From Candidatus Thorarchaeota archaeon (GTDB lineage Archaea > Asgardarchaeota > Thorarchaeia > Thorarchaeales > Thorarchaeaceae), in the NCBI GenBank assembly GCA_019057475.1, contig DXJO01000020.1, positions 96,001 to 160,000 on the forward strand: a stretch of 64,000 nt of DNA, given 5' to 3'. Position numbers and translations under genes: made by a program. Below the pieces are notes generated by a model. The model did no database searches. It was given only the letters and a program-made list of their open reading frames with translations, and had not been told where the DNA came from. This document shows, in pieces, positions 9,766 to 23,883 of this stretch. Every line of letters starts with the position of its first letter. Position 1 is the stretch's first letter.

Positions 9766-9854
9766 ATGGAATCTACTTCCTTATCATAATCTCGGTGGGA
9801 CCGAAGATAATAGCTATCGAAGAACAGAAAAGCAATCGATTTCAACTATGATAC

Positions 9855-10034
9855 ATGCTCTGGAAGGAATCTGCTGATCAAGTTGCGTCTTCAGGCTTAC
9901 TCTGTGTGATATTCGGCACGTGTATTGGTTTCTTATTCGGATCATCCACTATTGGCTTTGGACCTGCAGTAATGTTCTATCTGCTTGGTATCGGTCTTAT
10001 TACGTATGCAATGTACCTAAGGCAGAATGAATAG
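9855..10034 (+). CDS. Unannotated 59-aa two-TM small membrane protein
   Basis: Manual translation MLWKESADQVASSGLLCVIFGTCIGFLFGSSTIGFGPAVMFYLLGIGLITYAMYLRQNE; below the ORF-track cutoff. Confidence 0.55.
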   Translation: MLWKESADQVASSGLLCVIFGTCIGFLFGSSTIGFGPAVMFYLLGIGLITYAMYLRQNE

Positions 10035-10082
10035 AGCGAGATTAGCCCATTCTGTTCGCTTGTATTCCAATCTCAAGAGAAG

Positions 10083-10190
10083 TGGCGCCCCCGCCGGGAT
10101 TCGAACCCGGATCTCAAGAGTTCCGTTTTAGCAATCAAGAGATTACTTGATTGACAGTCTTGAATGCTAACCGGGCTACACTACAGGGGC
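10083..10190 (-). tRNA. tRNA-Asp(GTC) with 31-nt intron at 37/38 (10121-10151), encoded CCA
   Basis: Cloverleaf, G73, CAAGA-CTGTCA^C-TCTTG; CTGT/ACGG central helix. Confidence 0.95.
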
Positions 10191-10527
10191 CCGCATCGCT
10201 CGACCTTCAAAATTCTATTAAACCTGTCGGAACTGCAATGTGATTCCGTGACTATTTCCTAGGATTGCACTTCGAGCGGCAGTTCGGCAAACCTTTTTAC
10301 CCCATGACCCACTATGTGACGTGGCTCTTTTCCGCAGAAGCCATGCTAGAGGGTATGCTATCTAACTTGGTTTCAAGGAAAACCTTTTATGGCCACAAAA
10401 TTTCTCGTCGGTTGCTCACGCAGAACTGCTTCCCACTCATGCATGACCATATGTAGTACTCCGTATGAGTCAGTGCTTTGTGTAAGTACTCGATTTACCG
10501 CGTGTCACATATGGCAAGCAGACGCAC

Positions 10528-10620
10528 GGGCTCGTGGCGCAGACAGGTAGCGCAGCAGGCTTTTAAACTAAAAGTGAAGACACCTGATGGCCGCGGGTTC
10601 AAATCCCGCCGAGCCCGCCA
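10528..10620 (+). tRNA. tRNA-Lys(TTT) with 16-nt intron at 37/38 (10566-10581), encoded CCA
   Basis: Cloverleaf; BHB with CTTT/GAAG central helix and two 3-nt bulges. Confidence 0.95.
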
Positions 10621-10659
10621 TGTTTCCCGGGCGCAAGAGTGTTGGAGTGATTTTGCTAG

Positions 10660-10766
10660 AGTGAATAAACGGGGCGGCTATTGCGGCGGAAGATTGAGCT
10701 CGGATTTTCTGGGTCTCATGCGTTGGGAAGCGTGTATTCCAGTAGTAGTACCCCCCGTCCTTCACT
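10660..10766 (+). ncRNA. Putative structured RNA (three-way junction) leader upstream of rpoB
   Basis: Manual fold: AGTGAA/TTCACT, ACGGGG/CCCCGT, CTATTGC/GTAGTAG, GGAA/TTCC plus two hairpins; ends next to SD AAGGTG. Confidence 0.55.
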
Positions 10767-10779
10767 AAGGTGCGGTAAC

Positions 10780-13700
10780 ATGGCGGACAATAAGGGTAAG
10801 GACAAGTACTGGCCAGTGATCGAGGCCTTCTTTGACCATTACGGACTGGTAGGCCAACATCTAGATTCGTTCAATCGATTCGTCAGAGAGGAGCTACAGG
10901 ACGTAGTCGATAGTATTGCTCAGCTCAATCCGAAGGTCGAGGGATACACAGTTCAACTCGGCAGGATAACCATAGAGTCTCCCACTGTCCGGGAGGCTGA
11001 TGGCAGTGAGCATGCACTCTACCCCAATGAGGCTCGCATTCGAAACTTAACTTATGCAAGCAAGCTCTTCCTTGAGTGCACCCCCGTCCGCAAGGAGGGC
11101 TCAGTCACCACGCGGCTTGAAACTCTGCCGATTTACATCGGCAACTTGCCAATTATGCTCCGAAGTGAGAAGTGCCTTCTCCATGGCATGTCAGAAGAAG
11201 AGCTGATACAGCATTGTGAGGATCCAAAGGACCCCGGCGGGTACTTCATCATTAATGGTTCAGAGCGTGTGCTAGTCACGCAAGAGGATTTGGCGCCAAA
11301 CCGAATACTAATTGATGAGGCCAGCAAGAGCTCGAGCTACACACATGTTGCCAAGGTATTCTCAACCTCCAGAGGATTTCGTGCTCCAGTGACCATTGAG
11401 AGAAAGAGAAGTGGGGAGCTTCGCGTGTCATTTCCGTCAGTTCCAGGCAAGATTCCCTTGGCGATTCTTCTGAAAGCTCTTGGCTTGGAGTCTGATAGAG
11501 AGATTGTCGACGTAATCTCAGATGATGAAGAGATACGCAACGAGCTAATTGTGACTATAGAGCAGTCTTCGCCAATCAATGCTCTTATGGATGATGAAGA
11601 TGGCTCCACTCGAAGCAACGCATTGGATTTCATAGGAAAGCGTGTTGCTGTGGGCCAGACCAAGGAATATCGGTTAGCTAGAGCAGAGAAAGTGCTTGAC
11701 AGATACCTATTACCACATATCGGAACCGAAGATAAACACCGCCTTCAGAAGGCTTACTACTTGGGTCAGATGGTGGAACGACTGCTCGAACTAGTCTTGA
11801 GCAAGCGCCAGCCAGATGACAAGGATCATTATTCCAACAAGCGACTAAAACTCTCAGGAGATCTTCTCATGTCCCTGTTCAGAGTAGCTCTCTACTCTTT
11901 GACTCGCGACATCAAATATCAGCTCGAGCGCACGGCTGTTCGTGGTCGCAAGCCGAACATTCGCACTGCAGTCCGGGCTGATGTTATTACTCAGAGAATG
12001 AAGCATGCTCTTGCCACAGGCAACTGGGTCGGCGGAAAGGCTGGTGTGTCTCAGCTACTTGACCGTACCAACTACATCTCATCGCTTTCTCATCTTAGAA
12101 GAGTAGTTTCACCTCTCTCGCGGTCACAACCGCACTTTGAGGCGCGAGATCTGCATTCGACTCACTGGGGGAAGATATGTCCCAATGAAACGCCAGAAGG
12201 TCCAAACTGTGGTCTTGTGAAGAATATCGCCATGATGGCGTACATCTCCGTTGGTACTGAGGAGGAAGCAGTAGAACGCGCTCTACTCAAGAGTGAAGTA
12301 GAATCGATTGAAACTCTGAAGGGCAAGCGCGGCTCGAAGTGGGCTGATGTGTTCCTGAATGGCCGTCTTGTAGGAATCCACCCAGCTCCTCTGGTTCTTG
12401 TTAAGGCCATGCGCCAGAAGCGTCGTGCTGGTGAGATAGATCAAGAAACCAACATTGCCTACTATGACGGTATTAATGAAGTTCAAGTAAATTGCGATGC
12501 AGGTCGTGTCAGGCGTCCGCTAATAGTTGTTGAGAATGGCAAAAGTCGTCTCACCAATGAACACCTTAAAATGGTTGTAGAAGACGAATGGGGTTTTCCA
12601 GACCTGATGCGGAACGGAGCAGTCGAATTCATAGATGCTGAGGAAGAGGAGAACACCCTAATCGCAATGTATCCAGATGATATTGGTCCTAAGACGACAC
12701 ATATGGAGATTGTTCCGTCAACAATTCTCGGTATCTCTGCAGCACTGATTCCATTCCCTGAGCGGAACCAATCGCCTCGTAACGTGTACATGGCAGGCAT
12801 GGCAAAGCAGTCCGTAGGTGTGCCAGCGGCCAACTTCAATTTTAGGACTGACACTCGTGCGCACTTCTTCCACTATCCACAGGTACCTCTTATCAAGACT
12901 CGCGCCATGAATTCAATCGGGTTCGAAGAACGTCCCGCTGGGCAAAACTTCGTGGTTGCAATCCTGTCATTCGAGGGCTACAACATCGAAGATGCCCTGA
13001 TTCTGAACAAGGCCTCTGTTGAGAGAGGGCTGGGCAGAAGCACCTTCTGCAGAGTTTATGAGAGCGAAGAACGCAAGTATCCTGGTGGGCAGGAAGACAA
13101 GTTTGAGATTCCAGATCGAAGTGTTCGAGGCTACAGAGCATCCGAGTCATACCGTAACCTAGGTGAGGATGGAATAATTGAAACCGAGGTTGAGGTTCTG
13201 GGCGGCGATGTACTGATAGGGCGAACCTCTCCACCACGCTTCCTTGAGGAATATTCAGAGTTCGAGATTGCCTCTCCCAACCGACGAGAAACTTCTGTTG
13301 CTGTACGCCACGGAGAGTCTGGAGTCGTAGACAGTGTCATTCTCACTGAAACCATTGATGGTAATCGACTGGTGAAGGTAAAGGTCCGAGACCTCCGGAT
13401 TCCAGAACTAGGCGATAAGTATGCTTCGCGTCACGGACAGAAGGGCATCATTGGCCATATAGTTCCTCAGGCAGACATTCCATTCACTGAAGACGGTGTT
13501 GTGCCTGATCTGATTCTGAATCCTCATGCCATTCCAAGCCGAATGACAATCGGTCAGATTCTGGAGATGATTGCTGGAAAGGCAGCATCAATGCATGGTG
13601 AACAGCAAGACGCAACACCATTCTGCGGTGTTTCCGAGGAGGAGCTGTTCAAGATACTAAGAAATCATGGTCTGCAGCATAACGGCCGCGAAACTATGTA

Positions 13701-14148
13701 CTCCGGTATCACCGGCGAGAAACTCAGAGTTGACATATTCATCGGTGTAATCTACTATCAAAAGCTCCACCATATGGTGGCAGACAAGATACATGCCCGC
13801 GCCAGGGGCCCCGTACAGATTCTCACACGCCAGCCCACGGAGGGAAGAGCGAGAGAAGGTGGTCTCAGGTTCGGTGAGATGGAGCGAGATGTTCTAATCG
13901 GTCACGGTGCAGCTATCCTGTTGAAAGGCAGGCTACTCGATGAATCGGACAAGAGCAACATGCTGGTCTGTGAGGACTGCGGTTTAATTGGTGTCTACGA
14001 CCGCAACAAGGATACGTACTACTGTCCGATTTGCGGCACCAACGCCAAAATCAGTAGCGTGGTTGTGTCGTATGCTTTCAAACTGTTAATACAAGAAATG
14101 ATGTCGCTTGGACTTGCCTGTAGGCTGCGACTCAAGGAGATGATCTAA
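10780..14148 (+). CDS. rpoB: DNA-directed RNA polymerase subunit B (Rpo2, unsplit)
   Basis: GDKYASRHGQKG, GGLRFGEMERD, C-terminal Zn ribbon; ATG 10780 after SD. Confidence 0.99.
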   Translation: MADNKGKDKYWPVIEAFFDHYGLVGQHLDSFNRFVREELQDVVDSIAQLNPKVEGYTVQLGRITIESPTVREADGSEHALYPNEARIRNLTYASKLFLECTPVRKEGSVTTRLETLPIYIGNLPIMLRSEKCLLHGMSEEELIQHCEDPKDPGGYFIINGSERVLVTQEDLAPNRILIDEASKSSSYTHVAKVFSTSRGFRAPVTIERKRSGELRVSFPSVPGKIPLAILLKALGLESDREIVDVISDDEEIRNELIVTIEQSSPINALMDDEDGSTRSNALDFIGKRVAVGQTKEYRLARAEKVLDRYLLPHIGTEDKHRLQKAYYLGQMVERLLELVLSKRQPDDKDHYSNKRLKLSGDLLMSLFRVALYSLTRDIKYQLERTAVRGRKPNIRTAVRADVITQRMKHALATGNWVGGKAGVSQLLDRTNYISSLSHLRRVVSPLSRSQPHFEARDLHSTHWGKICPNETPEGPNCGLVKNIAMMAYISVGTEEEAVERALLKSEVESIETLKGKRGSKWADVFLNGRLVGIHPAPLVLVKAMRQKRRAGEIDQETNIAYYDGINEVQVNCDAGRVRRPLIVVENGKSRLTNEHLKMVVEDEWGFPDLMRNGAVEFIDAEEEENTLIAMYPDDIGPKTTHMEIVPSTILGISAALIPFPERNQSPRNVYMAGMAKQSVGVPAANFNFRTDTRAHFFHYPQVPLIKTRAMNSIGFEERPAGQNFVVAILSFEGYNIEDALILNKASVERGLGRSTFCRVYESEERKYPGGQEDKFEIPDRSVRGYRASESYRNLGEDGIIETEVEVLGGDVLIGRTSPPRFLEEYSEFEIASPNRRETSVAVRHGESGVVDSVILTETIDGNRLVKVKVRDLRIPELGDKYASRHGQKGIIGHIVPQADIPFTEDGVVPDLILNPHAIPSRMTIGQILEMIAGKAASMHGEQQDATPFCGVSEEELFKILRNHGLQHNGRETMYSGITGEKLRVDIFIGVIYYQKLHHMVADKIHARARGPVQILTRQPTEGRAREGGLRFGEMERDVLIGHGAAILLKGRLLDESDKSNMLVCEDCGLIGVYDRNKDTYYCPICGTNAKISSVVVSYAFKLLIQEMMSLGLACRLRLKEMI

Positions 14149-18007
<3,859 letters not shown>

Positions 18008-18136
18008 GCTATCTGAGGCGATACTAGCGCATCAATCAATGTTACAATGCGGAAACATTAAAACAGAAGTTAGTTTGACGAGATTGTTTCTGGGTTTATC
18101 AAGAAGCCGCATCAATACAAAATGAGGTTATGACCA

Positions 18137-18430
18137 TTGAGCCTGAATCAACCGATTGCAAGTGCAGTAAGCACAGGTGAGTGTCGCATAGGAGCAAAGT
18201 CCTCCATCGATGCGATAAAGAGCGGTGCTGCAAAACTAGTTGTGGTTGCTGCAAATTGTCCGAAGAATGAATACGCGGACATTGAAACCTACGCACAACT
18301 TGCTGAGGTCAAGGTGCTAGAGTTTGAAGGCACATCATGGGATTTGGGAGAGGTCATAGGCAAACCCTTCATGGTATCAGCTATTGCTGTGATAAAGCCG
18401 GGCGATTCCAAGATTTTGAAGGCTGTTTGA
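18137..18430 (+). CDS. rpl30e: 50S ribosomal protein L30e (TTG start)
   Basis: AKLVVVAANCP, DLGEVIGKPF; synteny after rpoA2. Confidence 0.95.
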   Translation: MSLNQPIASAVSTGECRIGAKSSIDAIKSGAAKLVVVAANCPKNEYADIETYAQLAEVKVLEFEGTSWDLGEVIGKPFMVSAIAVIKPGDSKILKAV

Positions 18431-18441
18431 GGCGATTCATA

Positions 18442-18876
18442 TTGCCCCGAGTCAGACTCTCGATGGATGACATGGCTCTCATTGCCACGTTCGAACGCAT
18501 CACTGGGGCCTCCGCGGTGGATGTGGTTCGGGATGACGAGGGTGATCGACTGATCTTCATTGTGCGCCCAAAACAGCTCGGCAAAGCCATTGGTCGTGGT
18601 GGTGCAAACGTCAAGGCAGCGGCTGACGTCTTCGGCAGGCCTATCGACATTGTTGAGATAGCTGAAACTGCAGAGGAGTTTGTGAAGAAGGCGCTTGCCC
18701 CCGCCCGAGTTGAACAAGTGAAACTCGTTCGCCACAAGAATGGAAACACGATTGCCACAGTTACAGTCAAACAAGCGGACAGAGGCATTGCCATTGGACG
18801 AGAGGGTCGGAATATCGCCCGTGCTCGAATATTAGCCAAGCGTCACTTTGACGTGACCAATGTGACAATTGCATAA
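18442..18876 (+). CDS. nusA: Archaeal NusA (two KH domains), TTG start
   Basis: GKAIGRGG and GIAIGREG KH motifs; SD GAGGCGA before TTG 18442. Confidence 0.95.
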   Translation: MPRVRLSMDDMALIATFERITGASAVDVVRDDEGDRLIFIVRPKQLGKAIGRGGANVKAAADVFGRPIDIVEIAETAEEFVKKALAPARVEQVKLVRHKNGNTIATVTVKQADRGIAIGREGRNIARARILAKRHFDVTNVTIA

Positions 18877-19033
18877 GGGACCTGACGCACTCAGAGGCCG
18901 TTTCGCAGCAATATTCAATGAGATTGCCCTGGTTGTGTCATAACGCTTTTAAGCATACAACAGGCGGATGCCGTGACCACACGTAGAGAGCACTATGAAT
19001 GGTGGTCCCATTATCACCACAGAGGCGAATTAT

Positions 19034-19477
19034 TTGACTGGTTCAAAGAGCCCGATGGGCGAATTTGCAGCAAGACCCCTCCGGTCCAAGCGGAAGAAGT
19101 ACCGCTGGAAGAAGCCCAGCTTGAAGAGACGAATGCTCAAGCTGAAGCGGAAGACCGATCCGCTAGAGGGTGCCCCGCAGGCACGCGGAATCGTGTTGGA
19201 GAAGGTCGGTATTGAGTCGAAACAACCCAACTCAGCTATCAGAAAGGCCGTTAGGATTCAGCTCTCTAAGAACGGTAAACAAATCACCGCATTCATACCG
19301 GGCGATGGCGGACTCAAATATATCGATGAACACGACGAAGTCATTGTCCAGGGCATTGGGGGCGCAATGGGAGGAGCTATGGGTGATATCCCCGGCGTAA
19401 GATGGGCTGTGGTAAAAGTCAACGGAGTTTCCCTTGAGTCTCTTATCTACGGCAGGGCAGAGAAACCAATTCGTTAG
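19034..19477 (+). CDS. rps12: 30S ribosomal protein S12 (uS12), TTG start
   Basis: [17 protein letters not shown]; SD GAGGCGA before TTG 19034. Confidence 0.97.
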   Translation: MTGSKSPMGEFAARPLRSKRKKYRWKKPSLKRRMLKLKRKTDPLEGAPQARGIVLEKVGIESKQPNSAIRKAVRIQLSKNGKQITAFIPGDGGLKYIDEHDEVIVQGIGGAMGGAMGDIPGVRWAVVKVNGVSLESLIYGRAEKPIR

Positions 19478-19486
19478 GTGATAAAG

Positions 19487-20149
19487 ATGACTGAAGAAAA
19501 AAAAGATGCGCCAGTCCAAGAAGAGCCGAAGGCGCAAAGCCTGCCTGTAGCCACGCCTGATTTTCTGTTGTTTGGTAAATGGGATTCAACAGTGGTCCAA
19601 GTGAAGGATGTTGGTCTTACCCGATACATCTCTCTGAAGTCTGTCCTGATTCCGCATACAGCAGGAAGGCACAGCCACAAACGTTTCCACAAGAGCAATG
19701 TACCTATTGTAGAGCGATTCGTGAATAAACTACTCAATGCAGGACGGCGCAAAGACAAGAAGACACGCACTGGCAGGACCGCAGGCAAGAAAACACGAAC
19801 AATCAACGTGGTCAGACGAGTCTTTGAGATTATTAATTTCAGAACTGGCCTCAATCCAATCCAAGTTCTCGTGACTGCTATCGAAAATACTGCTCCTTCC
19901 GAGGAAACGACAAGAATTTCCTATGGTGGAATGGCATATCCTCGCTCAGTAGACGTTTCTCCCCAGCGCAGGATTGATCTCGCTTTGAAGTACCTCGCTG
20001 TAGGCGCAGTTCGTTCATCGCACAAGAATGCCAAGTCGTTCGAGGAATGTATCGTTGACGAGCTGCTTCTTGCTTACAAAGGCGATTCTGGAAGCTATGG
20101 AATTTCCAGAAAAGAAGAGCGCGAGAGAGTGGCCCGTTCAGCAAGGTAG
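19487..20149 (+). CDS. rps7: 30S ribosomal protein S7 (uS7)
   Basis: IPHTAGRH, VDVSPQRR, ERERVARSAR. Confidence 0.97.
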   Translation: MTEEKKDAPVQEEPKAQSLPVATPDFLLFGKWDSTVVQVKDVGLTRYISLKSVLIPHTAGRHSHKRFHKSNVPIVERFVNKLLNAGRRKDKKTRTGRTAGKKTRTINVVRRVFEIINFRTGLNPIQVLVTAIENTAPSEETTRISYGGMAYPRSVDVSPQRRIDLALKYLAVGAVRSSHKNAKSFEECIVDELLLAYKGDSGSYGISRKEERERVARSAR

Positions 20150-20292
20150 TATTCTTCTCAACCTTGTATTATCATCCTGTATCAGCAGAATTGATGCTGC
20201 ATTTCATAGTGTTTTTAGAGAGCCTTATCAGAGAGATAGGTTCCAGTCGATGCACTCAATGCGCAAGTGAAGAACCTGACGAGGAACGAGAG

Positions 20293-21201
20293 ATGAACAA
20301 GTCTACTGCGGCATGGCTTACAATAAATCTCATTACAGTGGCTTGGGCATCTTCTCTCATCCTCGCAAAGATTGCTTTCCTGGAAGGGTTGACACCCATC
20401 ATCTTCGTTGCGGTACGCTACACTATCGCTTGCCCCTTTCTCATTGCAGCTGTTTACATGTTCGGACGCAGGTCGAAGCTGCGTGGAGATATGAGGAGTA
20501 ACTGGCGGATCATCCTGCTTGCGGGAATCACAGGTCCATTTCTCTCCCAAGTGCTGCAATACATTGGACTAAGTATGACAACAGCAGACGAAACCATACT
20601 ACTCTTGAACATGAGCCCTGTTTTCGCAGTCTTGATGGCCGCTCCAGTTCTGAAGGAGAAGATAACTAGTGAGAAGATAGGAGGCCTCTTTCTAGCGGTC
20701 ATTGGTGTGGGTCTGATCGTCTTGGGTGGTACGCCACTTGATGATGCTTTTGGTCCCCTACGCCTGGTGGGCAACGCAATTGTGATAGTATCTACATTTC
20801 TGTTTGCGGTTAACGGAATAGCCGGCAAAATGGCGATTAAATCAATTGACGCTGTATCCCTCACTCTATACAGCACCCTATTTGCTGTGCCTTTCATCTG
20901 GCTCTCTGCAGCGTTCATGGAGGACATAACTGTAATACTGCGGCTGAGTGCTGGTGTCTGGGCAATCATCCTCTGGGTCGGGATAGTGAATACGGCACTA
21001 GCATTCGTCCTGTATTACAATGCGATGAATCACATTGAAGCCTCCAGAGTACAGATTGCGCTGAATCTGATAACAGTGTGGGGTGTGCTAATGGCGTTTC
21101 TATTCCTTGGTGAGCCTTTGTTTGCTCTTCAACTCGTAGGCGGTGCCTTGACTGTCGTTGGCGTCATAATCGCTCAGAGAGTTCGCAAAGCCGCCCCTTA
21201 A
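20293..21201 (+). CDS. EamA/DMT family transporter (about 10 TM)
   Basis: Two EamA repeats, LKEKIT and LFLGE motifs. Confidence 0.88.
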   Translation: MNKSTAAWLTINLITVAWASSLILAKIAFLEGLTPIIFVAVRYTIACPFLIAAVYMFGRRSKLRGDMRSNWRIILLAGITGPFLSQVLQYIGLSMTTADETILLLNMSPVFAVLMAAPVLKEKITSEKIGGLFLAVIGVGLIVLGGTPLDDAFGPLRLVGNAIVIVSTFLFAVNGIAGKMAIKSIDAVSLTLYSTLFAVPFIWLSAAFMEDITVILRLSAGVWAIILWVGIVNTALAFVLYYNAMNHIEASRVQIALNLITVWGVLMAFLFLGEPLFALQLVGGALTVVGVIIAQRVRKAAP

Positions 21202-21357
21202 GCTTGAAGTCGATGAGTCCACTGTTGGGAAATGAGTGCGCCATCTCCAATTAATCAGGCTGTCTTGTAGAAAGCGTTAAAAGCACGGTCCAAGGTGGCA
21301 CTCACGGTCTGTACCCCTTAGAGGACAGATTGAAAGCGAATAAGGAGAAATAATGCC

Positions 21358-22662
21358 TTGTCCAAGAAACAGAAGGATCACCTGAATCTAGTGGTAGTTG
21401 GTCACGTCGACCACGGCAAGTCCACTATGACTGGTAGACTCCTATACGAAACTGGCGCTGTTGACGAACGCACTTTCCAACAGCATAAAGCCGAAGCAGA
21501 AAAACTTGGGCGACCCAGCTGGGCATGGGCTTTTGCGCTGGACCGCCTGAAAGAGGAACGTGAGCGAGGTCTAACCATTGACATCGCCTTCTTCAAGTTC
21601 CTCACTGACAAATACTATTACACGATCATCGATGCACCTGGTCACAAGGACTTCATCAAGAACATGATCACTGGCGCATCTCAGGCCGACGTGGCTCTTC
21701 TTGTGGTATCTGCAAAGAAGGGTGAATTCGAAGCCGGCATCGGACCTGGTGGCCAGACAAAGGAGCACGCATACCTAGTGATGACACTCGGTGTGCCGAG
21801 CATAATTGTCTGTGTCAACAAGATGGATGACGACAGCGTGAAGTACAGCGAGGACCGCTACAATGAGGTTAAGGAGGAAGTATCAGGCTTCCTGAAGAGC
21901 ATTGGTTACAAAATGGACAAGATTCCGTTCATTCCAACTTCAGCCCTCGATGCAGCAAACCTGAAGGAACAGTCCAAGGACTTCACTCCTTGGTATGAAG
22001 GTCCCAGCTTGCTTCAGGCACTCGACCTCGTCGATCTTCCGCCAAAGCCACTTAAGAAGCCTCTGAGGATTCCGATTAACGACGTCTACTCAATCAAGGG
22101 TGTCGGAACTGTGCCAGTCGGTCGTGTTGAAACCGGTGTGATGAAGCCTGGGATGAAGATTACCTTCATGCCCCCCAACAAGACTGGAGAGGTCAAGTCA
22201 ATCGAGATGCATCACGAGATTCTGTCGCAGGCAGTACCTGGTGATAACATTGGCTTCAACATAAGAGGCATCGAGAGGAAAGACCTTGGCCGTGGTGACG
22301 TTGCAGGTCCTACTGACAAGCCACCGACAGTCGCTGCTGACTACACTGGCCAGATCATGGTCATCCAGCATCCGACAGCCATCACAGTGGGTTATACTCC
22401 AGTTGTTCATGCACACACCGCTCAGGTAGCGTGCAGGTTCGATCAGATTCTGCAGAAGCTAGACCAGGCAACTGGTCAGCTTATCGAAGAGAATCCTGAC
22501 TTTGTGAAGAAAGGCGAGAGCATGATAGCGAAACTCGTGCCTCTCAAGCCGATGTGCATTGAAACCTACAAGCAGTTCCCACAGCTCGGCCGCTTCGCGG
22601 TACGTGACATGGGCATGACAGTCGCAGTCGGCGTTGTCACAAAAGTCACTAAGAGGAAATAG
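21358..22662 (+). CDS. tuf: Translation elongation factor EF-1alpha (TTG start)
   Basis: [37 protein letters not shown]. Confidence 0.99.
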   Translation: MSKKQKDHLNLVVVGHVDHGKSTMTGRLLYETGAVDERTFQQHKAEAEKLGRPSWAWAFALDRLKEERERGLTIDIAFFKFLTDKYYYTIIDAPGHKDFIKNMITGASQADVALLVVSAKKGEFEAGIGPGGQTKEHAYLVMTLGVPSIIVCVNKMDDDSVKYSEDRYNEVKEEVSGFLKSIGYKMDKIPFIPTSALDAANLKEQSKDFTPWYEGPSLLQALDLVDLPPKPLKKPLRIPINDVYSIKGVGTVPVGRVETGVMKPGMKITFMPPNKTGEVKSIEMHHEILSQAVPGDNIGFNIRGIERKDLGRGDVAGPTDKPPTVAADYTGQIMVIQHPTAITVGYTPVVHAHTAQVACRFDQILQKLDQATGQLIEENPDFVKKGESMIAKLVPLKPMCIETYKQFPQLGRFAVRDMGMTVAVGVVTKVTKRK

Positions 22663-22667
22663 TTCAC

Positions 22668-22710
22668 AGAACCGGGTCGCAAGGCCCGAGTTCTCTCTTA
22701 TTTTTTTATT
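22668..22710 (+). terminator. Hairpin plus T-tract terminator after tuf
   Basis: AGAAC-CGGGTC-GCAA-GGCCCG-A-GTTCT followed by TTATTTTTTTATT. Confidence 0.7.
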
Positions 22711-22793
22711 CAGCTTTGCTTGTTACTATGCAATCCATATGCGATTCATCATTACCTGCTCTTGGGATAATGGGACTTCATCAAAATAGAGAG

Positions 22794-22908
22794 TGGCGCT
22801 GGGGGCGAGATTCGAACTCGCGCGTGCAAGCACACCAACTGTCAGCCCGCCCGCGTCACGCGTAGGCGATTAGCAGGCTGGCTCCGTACCAGGCTCGGAA
22901 ACCCCAGC
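22794..22908 (-). tRNA. tRNA-Ser(GCT) with 30-nt intron at 37/38 (22841-22870), encoded CCA
   Basis: Cloverleaf with long variable arm, G73. Confidence 0.95.
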
Positions 22909-23047
22909 ATCAAGGTGTGCGAACTTTGCTCTTCTCTTAAAGATTATCGTACTTCTCTTTTACTTCGGCATTTGCCATCAACGATTTCATCATTACTGCA
23001 ATAACAAACGCTATTTTGCTAAGAGTTATCCTTAGATTTGTGGGGTT

Positions 23048-23401
23048 GTGGCGATTTATCTGCTTACAGTAATCTATTCCGCGCTGAGAATAATACTGCA
23101 TAATGAATCGGAACGGACTGGATACTCGGTAGTCCTCCTTAGGAAGCAGAGAATTCTCCTGTCGTTGGCAACCATTCCTGCATGGACAATTTACTATGTC
23201 TACACAGTCATGACGTTCATAGTAATCTATTCAGACCCTCCAGATTTTTCAGGATTTCCACCATGGCCAGTTCCGTTCTACATTGCTGGCTTGGCCTGGC
23301 TTGTATTCGATGTGTTGTGGCAGTTCCGGAAGCTTCAGCACGAGATAATTCGAGGTCCTATTATAGACGGCACCGCCGATTCATTTCAGAATCGTTGGTA
23401 G
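23048..23401 (+). CDS. Small membrane protein, tandem paralog A
   Basis: About 3 TM; shares RK.RILLSL..IPA and YIA.LAWLVFDVL with the next ORF. Confidence 0.55.
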   Translation: MAIYLLTVIYSALRIILHNESERTGYSVVLLRKQRILLSLATIPAWTIYYVYTVMTFIVIYSDPPDFSGFPPWPVPFYIAGLAWLVFDVLWQFRKLQHEIIRGPIIDGTADSFQNRW

Positions 23402-23485
23402 CACCTATCAACAATTCTTCTCTAGGAAACCAGTACGAAAACGAACAGTTTTTCACTAAGAACAAGATATGCACCTGCGGGGGTC

Positions 23486-23824
23486 GTGTCGATTCAACTC
23501 GTTAAGAATTGTGTAGCAGCAGGAGTCTATCTCTTGTTGAGAGTACTACTCCAAAATGCACCAGAACAAACTAGACTCTCGATAATTCGCGTTCGCAAGC
23601 TGAGGATTCTTTTATCGCTATTGGCCATTCCCGCGTTGACTTTGCTTTATGTTGATGACATCATGGTACACCTACAGTACTATCCCATGGTCATGCCCCC
23701 GCTTCCTGTTTCGGTTTACATTGCTTGCCTAGCGTGGCTTGTATTCGATGTGTTGCGGGAGTACAATGCGCTTGTCAAAGCTAAAAGGTGGGCTAGTGAA
23801 GAAGATCCCGTTGAATCATCTTAG
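23486..23824 (+). CDS. Small membrane protein, tandem paralog B
   Basis: Paralog of 23048-23401; start uncertain. Confidence 0.55.
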   Translation: MSIQLVKNCVAAGVYLLLRVLLQNAPEQTRLSIIRVRKLRILLSLLAIPALTLLYVDDIMVHLQYYPMVMPPLPVSVYIACLAWLVFDVLREYNALVKAKRWASEEDPVESS

Positions 23825-23883
23825 GACTGATAGAGCCTGACAACTACTCCTTTTCAATGAATCAGAATAACAACAAGCAAAGG

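Noticed and set aside
10671-10760. 5S rRNA-like start (GGCGGCTATTGCGGCGG)
   Set aside because: Lacks the conserved 5S loop C (CCGAAC) and helix pattern; kept only as an unknown structured RNA.
10681-10779. N-terminal extension of RpoB in the ORF track
   Set aside because: Lies in the structured leader; the SD precedes ATG 10780.
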